DNA from: Candidatus Bathyarchaeia archaeon | GTDB lineage: Archaea > Thermoproteota > Bathyarchaeia > Bathyarchaeales > Bathycorpusculaceae | Direction: 5' to 3' | NCBI GenBank assembly: GCA_038883855.1 | Contig: JAVZLH010000001.1 | Coordinates: 96,001 to 160,000, forward strand | DNA length: 64,000 nucleotides | In this document: positions 39,942-46,769 of the stretch, piece by piece | How the letters are laid out: each line of letters begins with the position of its first letter | Position numbering within the stretch: the first letter of the stretch is position 1 | Program-made: the position numbers and the translations under genes | The notes under the pieces: generated by a model | Databases searched by the model: none | Told to the model about the DNA's origin: nothing | Seen by the model: the letters and a program-made list of their open reading frames with translations, nothing else

Positions 39942-40685
39942 TTATTCAAATCCTTCCACAAAGGCTCTAACGTTTTTGCCCAAAACCTTATGGTTGTAGC
40001 CTCCCTCTAGAACAGCGTACCTCCTTCCGCCGCAAACTCTCTCTGCAAAATCCTTTATAACTTGAGCTGTTTTGAAGTAATCACTAGTGCTTAGGACGCC
40101 GCCCCAATCCTGTTCATGACGGTCAAAACCAGCGGAAACAACTACAATATCACATTTAGGAATCGAACTCAAGAACTTCTCCAAATCATTAAAGAAGTTT
40201 TCTCTGCTTCCGTCTGCGATATGATGGTATAAAACCTTTGGAGAGTTTGCGAAGATGTTTGCTGTTCCATCTCCATAATGAAGGTCTATATCCAAAATAA
40301 CAGCCTTTGCAATTAACCCCTTCCTAAGCAATCTCTCAACAGAGACGGCAACATTGTTGAAGTAGCAAAACCCCCAGCAACTGTTTGGGCTGGCGTGATG
40401 TCCAGGCGGCCTTACAACCCCAAAGGCTGGTTCACCTTTCATGGCGCCTCCCACAGCCAGCAAAGCAACTTCATAAACTATGGGCGTGTTATTGATATGT
40501 TCTATGTGGCTTTTTCCATGAACAAGCGCCACATCATCATCCGTCGCCATTTCGGGTTCAACAACATCGAAGCCGCTTAACTCTTTCATGATGGATTCCA
40601 TTCGCCCCGGTGCAGCAGCTGGCTCGGATGAGTATACTCTGCAATAGTTTTTGTGAAAGACTATCTTCATCCGAGTCTCCTCCAT
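39942..40685 (-). CDS. Histone deacetylase family (Zn-dependent deacetylase)
   Basis: RPPGHHA, GFCYFNN, DIDLHYGDGT, SAGFD, LEGGY. Confidence 0.92.
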   Translation of the reverse strand: MEETRMKIVFHKNYCRVYSSEPAAAPGRMESIMKELSGFDVVEPEMATDDDVALVHGKSHIEHINNTPIVYEVALLAVGGAMKGEPAFGVVRPPGHHASPNSCWGFCYFNNVAVSVERLLRKGLIAKAVILDIDLHYGDGTANIFANSPKVLYHHIADGSRENFFNDLEKFLSSIPKCDIVVVSAGFDRHEQDWGGVLSTSDYFKTAQVIKDFAERVCGGRRYAVLEGGYNHKVLGKNVRAFVEGFE

Positions 40686-40736
40686 CTATTTAAAAATACG
40701 CTTCATTCCTCTTTTAAATGCGTTGGCAAATGTTTT

Positions 40737-41591
40737 TCAGCCGAGGTGTGAAAGGATTTTTGAAGAAAGAGATTTGCGGAATGTTCGTTTCACCTTCTCT
40801 AATGGTTCTCCAATGATGGTGATTTTGTTTAAGTCACATGTTCCAAGACCTTTTTCCTCAGCTAAAACAAGGTGCTTAACCTCTTTTGGGTCTACACCCA
40901 TGACAGCAGCGCCGACAGCGTCAACTGCTACAGAGTCCACTCCAGCAATAACTAAATCCATTTCTACGGGATTTCCACTTGTTTCATGTCCTTCTCCAGC
41001 TATTATCCCGTCTATGACTGTTAGGCTTGGTGTGAGTAATGATGCTAAGTCAGCGATGTTTTTGCTGAGCCAGCCATTATGCATAGAGCCTTTAGAAGCC
41101 AATGCGCCCATCATGTTCTTTAAGCCTAATGTGACTGTTGCCATTCTGTGAAGCTTAAGCTTCGGGACGCTTATTATGATGCTTTGTAAGGCGGTTTTAG
41201 CCACTTTAACCTTCTTAAGCGCTAGTGGATTAGGCGGGTAAACTTCAACAAACTCGTCCTTGTTAAGGTCGACAAGTTTTACATTCCACCTTTCTGCAAC
41301 AGCGTCAACTCCCGCAACTCTGAAAGCTTCAAAAGTGTCCACAAAACCGCTTCCCTCACCTATAACAATATTTTCTACACCGCTTTCTTTCAAAAACTTT
41401 ACAACACCCTCTACTACTCTACTGTCGGTTGTGATGCCGGTTGAGGGATGCCTTGAGTTAATATAGTTAGGTTTAACTAAAATTGGCTTATCCGCTGAAA
41501 ATATGAAACTTAAGTCATGTTCAATCATTCTAAGAGCGTTAACTGTTATTTCTATTGGATTTTTTCCTTTTACAATGGCGACTTTGACCAT
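40737..41591 (-). CDS. DUF362 domain Fe-S protein
   Basis: LVKPN, TTD, IGEGS, VPKLKLH, TLGLKNMMG, IDG..GEG, D.VAVD. Confidence 0.88.
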   Translation of the reverse strand: MVKVAIVKGKNPIEITVNALRMIEHDLSFIFSADKPILVKPNYINSRHPSTGITTDSRVVEGVVKFLKESGVENIVIGEGSGFVDTFEAFRVAGVDAVAERWNVKLVDLNKDEFVEVYPPNPLALKKVKVAKTALQSIIISVPKLKLHRMATVTLGLKNMMGALASKGSMHNGWLSKNIADLASLLTPSLTVIDGIIAGEGHETSGNPVEMDLVIAGVDSVAVDAVGAAVMGVDPKEVKHLVLAEEKGLGTCDLNKITIIGEPLEKVKRTFRKSLSSKILSHLG

Positions 41592-41705
41592 TTGAAAGCA
41601 CTAAAACTTTTAGGGTTTTTACGGCAATTTGAATCTTTCCTTAACAGAATAGGCAACCAATAAATATGCCGCAAACATTACTTTTCCTTTATTAAAGGGG
41701 GATTT

Positions 41706-41873
41706 ATGGTGCCCCAACGTGTTATTTGCCAAGGATGCGGTCACGTGTTGTATGAGGGGGTTGACCTTAAACCTCCCGACGAAATCCTCAATCAATATAA
41801 TGGAAAATGCCCAAAATGCGGCAAAAAGTTATCACTAATGCCAATCGATGTGGACGTAAAACCCATCAAATAA
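41706..41873 (+). CDS. 55-aa zinc-ribbon microprotein (not in ORF track)
   Basis: MVPQRVICQGCGHVLYEG...GKCPKCGKKLS...; GGGGG SD-like and TATA-like AATAAATA upstream. Confidence 0.8.
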   Translation: MVPQRVICQGCGHVLYEGVDLKPPDEILNQYNGKCPKCGKKLSLMPIDVDVKPIK

Positions 41874-41895
41874 ACGTTGCCGGGGGGAACAAAAC

Positions 41896-42325
41896 GTGAC
41901 GGAAAAATTTGAAAAACCCAACTTTACAACTTTCCTAAGTAAAATGCGAAAATGATAATTTTTGCAAGCTTTGAATTGCCCCTATGGTATAATTCCCGAA
42001 CAACCTATGATGCGCAACAGCGTGGGCATTTTCGACGTATCTCGCATGGAAGAATAAAATTGCTGGCGCTGACGCCATTCTTGATGTTGGCTATAGTATA
42101 GAAACTTCGAAATTCGCGACGATGAAGGAGAAGTAGGGAAGTTGGCTAGCGGAACATTTTAGCCGATTCTTAACTGCGGTATAGGAATGGGCTATATTCC
42201 AGCCCTCTAACGCTAAAAGGGAAAATCTTGTATGTAAAGATTCGGAACAAAAATAAAGGCGAAAATCGAAGCCTTTCCTTTCTACGACTCAGAGAGATGC
42301 GTGGTACAAGCGTAAGTTTCAGTAA
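41896..42325 (+). pseudogene. gcvT: Glycine cleavage aminomethyltransferase T relic (both termini kept, middle deleted)
   Basis: Fragments AKMIIFASFELPLWY, RNSVGIFDVSRM (cf. GxFDVSHM), SGTF*PILNCGIGMGYI, YVKIR and FPFYD, with frameshifts and stops. Confidence 0.8.
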
Positions 42326-42401
42326 ATAGGATATTGCGTATTCGCTTTCCACCGTAAGAATAATAAAATACTTCCATAATCTTGTAGGAGAGATGACCTA
42401 A

Positions 42402-44708
42402 ATGAAACTAACCGAAGCCGTAACACGAGGACGTATTGTTGCTGGACTAAAAAGTTTTGGCAAAATCCGCATAAAAATGGACCATGCATCATTGATGACT
42501 TATTCAACTTTGCTGCTGATCCTCTTCATCGCCTTTGCCGTACGCGCTTTCCCTCTTCGCTGGGAATTACAAAAAAATGTGATATCTCTCTCCGAGTTCG
42601 ACCCTTACTTTCAATATAGGCTAACAGAGCATATGGTGCAGTATGGTCTCCTGTCGCCTTACTGGCCTAAGCCATGGATTGACACTCAGCGTTGGTATCC
42701 AGATGGGCAGAACATGGCAATGTCATATCCAGCATTGCCCATGACCGCAGCAGCTCTCTATATTATTCTTTCAACTTTAGGTGTGAGAATTGAATTGATG
42801 AGTTTCTGCGCGATTCTTCCCGCAATCTTTGGTACTTTAGCATGTCTAATCATTTATTTTGTTGGAAAAGACATCGGGGGAAAATTCGCTGGCATGCTTT
42901 CAGCTCTCTTTTTAGCCTTAAGCTCCTCCTATATCCAAAGAACTTCTGTAGGGTTCTTTGACGATGAAACTATAGGAATGGTTGCCCTTTTATTGTTTAT
43001 TTTCATGTTTCTAAGAGCTATTGAAGAAGAAAGACCTGTCAGCTCAACCGTAAAATATTCGTTGGGCGCCGCCGCAGCACTAGCGTATTTCTGTTCCGGC
43101 TGGGGTGCATCATATTACCCAGTGGGTTTGACCGTTTTATTCGTTTTCGTGTTGATACTACTTAAGAGATACTCACAGCGTCTCCTCTTGTCATATAGCA
43201 TAACCTTTGGATTAGGATTGTTTGTTGCCATAAATGTTCCATATGTTTCAACAAGGTACTTAACATCGCAAGTTATAATGGCTGTTGCCGGAATCTTCAT
43301 ATTGCTTTTTATAAACGAGTTTCTCCGTGCCTTAACCACTACACGTTCAAAAGTTTTATGCATTATAATATCTTTGGCGGCGCTTGCGGGCGGTTTCGCA
43401 GTACTTTGGCACTTGGGTTATATGGAAGCTGTGGCTGGTAAGTTTCTTACTGTTATAAACCCTTTTCTGCGGGCAGAATCTCCCTTGTTCGAATCTGTGG
43501 CTGAGCATAGGATTTCAGCTTGGGGTTCCATCTACTACGAGTTTGGAATAGGATTAATCTTCTTTATAGCTGGTTTAGTATTCACCCTACGAAACCCTAC
43601 AAACAAAAATTTGTTCCTGCTTCTTTTTGGTTTAACATCCCTCTACTTTGCCTGCTCAATGGTGCGTTTACTCGTCATTTTGGCTCCCGCCTATGGTCTT
43701 CTGGCATCCGTTGGAGTTTTCAGCATTCTAAAACCTTTTAGCGCATTGATGATGGAACCTCAAAAAGTGTTTGCAAAAGCAAAGCATGGTTTAGATCGTG
43801 TCGGCAAAGAGTTCAGCGGGGCGGCTGTCTTCCTAATATTCATTATCTTAATGACAAACCTTGCCTTTTCACCGCAAACGGGCGGCATACCAAAAGTGTA
43901 CAGTCAAGCTTACGCTCCAGTTACAATCTCTGCTGGTAGCCTTCCCATAGCACCAAACGAGCCCGTACAGGAATGGTTCAATTTGCTTAATTGGTTAAAA
44001 AGCAACTTAGGATACAAGCATGAAAGCGAAAAAGTTGTTTGCAGCTGGTGGGACTATGGATATTGGCTGGCAATAATTGGTAATGTAACATCTCTTGCCG
44101 ACAACGCCACAATAAACAATACGCAAATAGAGAACATAGGATTTGTATTCATGGCTAATGAAACCGACGCATTAAAAATGCTAAAACTTTACAATGCGAA
44201 ATACATCTTAGTGTTCACAACCTTGTTTGTTGTGACGTATGGAGACTCTTGGTACGCATATTGGGCTGGCTACGGCGACGAGGGAAAGTGGATGTGGATG
44301 GCGCGAATTTCTGGTAAAGCGCAAACTCGCTTTCTTAACGGCGACGCCAACGGCGATGGAAAGACGGATGTTCCTAACTTGATAGATGAGGCTTCTTCGT
44401 GGGTTAACGAGACTAAATTTGGACAGTACAACGCTACTACAAGTAGATGGGAGTGGAACGATGCTGGAAAGAACTCCACAATTTACAAGCTGATGAGCTG
44501 GGGAAAACAGCGATGGTGCAACCAGAACGGCGCCACACCCGATGAGTCTGGCATTCAACCTGAATACTTTAAAGAAGCTTACTTTGCTGGCTTAGACTTG
44601 TCCGGTGATGAGGCGCTCAGCAGGTACGCAGTAGCTTCAGACCGTGCCTTGGTTCCTCTTGTGCTACTCTATGAAATTGACTGGCAAAAATACGGTTTAA
44701 GCCAGTAA
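42402..44708 (+). CDS. aglB: Oligosaccharyltransferase catalytic subunit AglB/STT3
   Basis: EFDPYF, GFFDDE, SVAEH, WWDYG, DNATINN, DEGKWMWMARI (DK motif); many TM helices. Confidence 0.96.
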   Translation: MKLTEAVTRGRIVAGLKSFGKIRIKMDHASLMTYSTLLLILFIAFAVRAFPLRWELQKNVISLSEFDPYFQYRLTEHMVQYGLLSPYWPKPWIDTQRWYPDGQNMAMSYPALPMTAAALYIILSTLGVRIELMSFCAILPAIFGTLACLIIYFVGKDIGGKFAGMLSALFLALSSSYIQRTSVGFFDDETIGMVALLLFIFMFLRAIEEERPVSSTVKYSLGAAAALAYFCSGWGASYYPVGLTVLFVFVLILLKRYSQRLLLSYSITFGLGLFVAINVPYVSTRYLTSQVIMAVAGIFILLFINEFLRALTTTRSKVLCIIISLAALAGGFAVLWHLGYMEAVAGKFLTVINPFLRAESPLFESVAEHRISAWGSIYYEFGIGLIFFIAGLVFTLRNPTNKNLFLLLFGLTSLYFACSMVRLLVILAPAYGLLASVGVFSILKPFSALMMEPQKVFAKAKHGLDRVGKEFSGAAVFLIFIILMTNLAFSPQTGGIPKVYSQAYAPVTISAGSLPIAPNEPVQEWFNLLNWLKSNLGYKHESEKVVCSWWDYGYWLAIIGNVTSLADNATINNTQIENIGFVFMANETDALKMLKLYNAKYILVFTTLFVVTYGDSWYAYWAGYGDEGKWMWMARISGKAQTRFLNGDANGDGKTDVPNLIDEASSWVNETKFGQYNATTSRWEWNDAGKNSTIYKLMSWGKQRWCNQNGATPDESGIQPEYFKEAYFAGLDLSGDEALSRYAVASDRALVPLVLLYEIDWQKYGLSQ

Positions 44709-44712
44709 CGGA

Positions 44713-45576
44713 GTGGTAACTTGTTTGTTTCCAAAGGTTCCAGACCAACACAAGCCAAACAAGCCCTTGGTTCCAACAGGCTTAGGCGTAGTATATGTGA
44801 TATTAAGCGCAGCTTACCTTTTCCTGTTGCATTATTCGGTTGACACTGAAGAGGCTTTAACATTAGCTGCTTGCATATTGTTCGGCGGCTTTATGGGATT
44901 GCTTGACGATTGGATGGATTTAAGGTGGCGCTACAAAGCTTTTTTCCCGTTGATAGCTGCGATTCCACTTATTTCTTTGGCGACGAAACTCGGGCTTCGT
45001 ACGTCTATGGCTATTCCATTTCTTGGAACAATAGTCTTTGATAACTACTACTATTTTATGATTATTCCATTAATTGTAACGGTGACCACTAACACTGTAA
45101 ACCAGCTAGGTGGGTTGAACGGGTTGGAAACTATTTGCCCCTCTATAATCTTAATTGGGCTAATTTTCCTTTCAGGCTCTAACGCTGTTCTTTTATACTT
45201 CCCATTAGTTGTTTGGCTCATGCTTGCCTTTTTTAATTTTCAAGGAAAAATTTTTGTTGGAAACTCCGGGTCCTTTGCCATAGGGTTAACGATAGCGGCT
45301 TTTGCGATAATTGCTGATTTGAAGTCATTTTTGTTAATTGCACTTTTACCATATATCCTAAACTCTTCTTTGATTCTGTTAAATTATTTCTTTTTCAGAA
45401 CTAAGGCAAACGTCTCCTTTGACGGAAAGAAACTTTTTTCCGATCATAGAAGAAGTCTCATTACTCTTATCACTTATCATCGTCCTCTTACTGAACGCAA
45501 AATAGTAATAATAATCTCTGTTTTGGTTTCGTTGTCAACTTTTGCCGCATCAATATTCCAGTTGTTTATGACTTAA
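44713..45576 (+). CDS. Polyprenyl-phosphate GlcNAc-1-P transferase (MraY/GPT family, AglH/ALG7-like)
   Basis: DQHKPNKPLVP, GLLDD, NTVNQLGGLNGLE, KIFVGNSG; directly after aglB. Confidence 0.85.
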   Translation: MVTCLFPKVPDQHKPNKPLVPTGLGVVYVILSAAYLFLLHYSVDTEEALTLAACILFGGFMGLLDDWMDLRWRYKAFFPLIAAIPLISLATKLGLRTSMAIPFLGTIVFDNYYYFMIIPLIVTVTTNTVNQLGGLNGLETICPSIILIGLIFLSGSNAVLLYFPLVVWLMLAFFNFQGKIFVGNSGSFAIGLTIAAFAIIADLKSFLLIALLPYILNSSLILLNYFFFRTKANVSFDGKKLFSDHRRSLITLITYHRPLTERKIVIIISVLVSLSTFAASIFQLFMT

Positions 45577-45655
45577 CCTGTATGTTGTTGTGCGACACAC
45601 AAAAGGCAAAAATCGTTTAGAGTGAGGCTAATCTTAGAGGTTAGAGGACAAGCTT

Positions 45656-46130
45656 GTGCACCAATTTAATGTAATGTGGGAAATCACCAGTTTGGTAGGA
45701 GTTAAACTGGATGTAAGGGCGAAGACTGAAGCAATCAATTTTGATGTCAAAGCTAAACTGGAAGAAAGCGAGGAGCGCAAGAGCCAGATGGTTGTTGTAG
45801 GCTTCCGCCTTTTTCTGGCAACTAAACCAAGTATTGTTGAAGTTTGAAATTGAGGGCACCGCAACTTTAGCGGGAAAGGGACATGGAAATAAACGAAATG
45901 CTGGAAATCGACCCAGAAACAAAAGTGCCCTATGTCTTTCAAAAATTTACTAACATGCCTTTACAGCAATTATTTGCTTTCAACAATTTTAGGCGCCCTC
46001 CACCACCCGTGATTTGTTATTCTCTAAAAGACAAGACGCGTCTGGAGAAGAGGTAAGCGTGGAAACGGGTGAAACTGGAACTGTAGGCGTTGAGGTTGCA
46101 ACGGAGGAAGTAAGTGTTTCTGAAAAATAG
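45656..46130 (+). pseudogene. Multiply frameshifted conserved hypothetical gene (SecB-like fold suspected)
   Basis: Pieces INFDVKAKLEE..FRLFLATKPSIV / KFEIEGTATLAG / EMLEIDPETKVPYVFQK / LLSTILGA lie in changing frames. Confidence 0.55.
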
Positions 46131-46182
46131 TTTTCAGTAACATTTAATAGGAATAATTCTCTTCCGTTTAGAAACTGTTAAT

Positions 46183-46237
46183 GGCGGGTGAGTGGGCCTC
46201 CACCCGTTCCGCAATAAAACCCCGGAGTAGGAGGTGA
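46183..46237 (+). promoter_or_regulatory. Candidate riboswitch-like leader of the queT gene (hairpin, anti-SD, A-rich linker)
   Basis: Stem GGCGGGTG(46183-90)/CACCCGTT(46201-08), loop AGTGGGCCTC; CCTCC complementary to SD GGAGG(46230-34); AATAAAA linker; TATA-like TTTAATA at 46143. Confidence 0.5.
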
Positions 46238-46241
46238 AAAG

Positions 46242-46769
46242 TTGAAATTTGACAGTAGAGATTTAGCGTTGACAGCAGTTTTTGCCGCACTTTACGCTGC
46301 GCTGGTCATTCTTCTGGCGCCAATAAGTTTCGGGGTCTATCAAGTTAGGGTTGCTGACGCTTTACTTCCCTTATCAATGATATTTGGAGTTCCCATCGCC
46401 ATTGGGTCAAGCTTAGGTTGTTTGGTTGCGAATGTTTACGGCGGTTTAGGCGCCATCGACATTGTGGGCGGAGCGATTGCAAACTTTCTGGCATGTGTCT
46501 CAGCGTGGTATGTTGGCAGAAGTGGGTTTGCAAGTAGGCTTCTGGGAAGTTTTGTTGAAACACTGGTTATAACTGTAATTGTTGGTGGTTATTTGTCGTT
46601 AATATTTGATGTCCCCGTTGAGCTTGGATTGTTCGGCATTTTCGTCGGCTCTATCATTTCGATAAACATTTTAGGCTTTGCCCTTGAAGAAGTTTTACAA
46701 CGAAGCGGCGTATGGAAAAGGCACGCTGGAAAAGTTGCAACAAACATTGATGCGCATGGTACTACATGA
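46242..46769 (+). CDS. queT: QueT-family (ECF S-component) queuosine/archaeosine precursor transporter
   Basis: AVFAALYAAL...PISFG..QVRVADAL...LGCLVAN...G.IDIVGG; strong SD GGAGGTGA with TTG start. Confidence 0.85.
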   Translation: MKFDSRDLALTAVFAALYAALVILLAPISFGVYQVRVADALLPLSMIFGVPIAIGSSLGCLVANVYGGLGAIDIVGGAIANFLACVSAWYVGRSGFASRLLGSFVETLVITVIVGGYLSLIFDVPVELGLFGIFVGSIISINILGFALEEVLQRSGVWKRHAGKVATNIDAHGTT

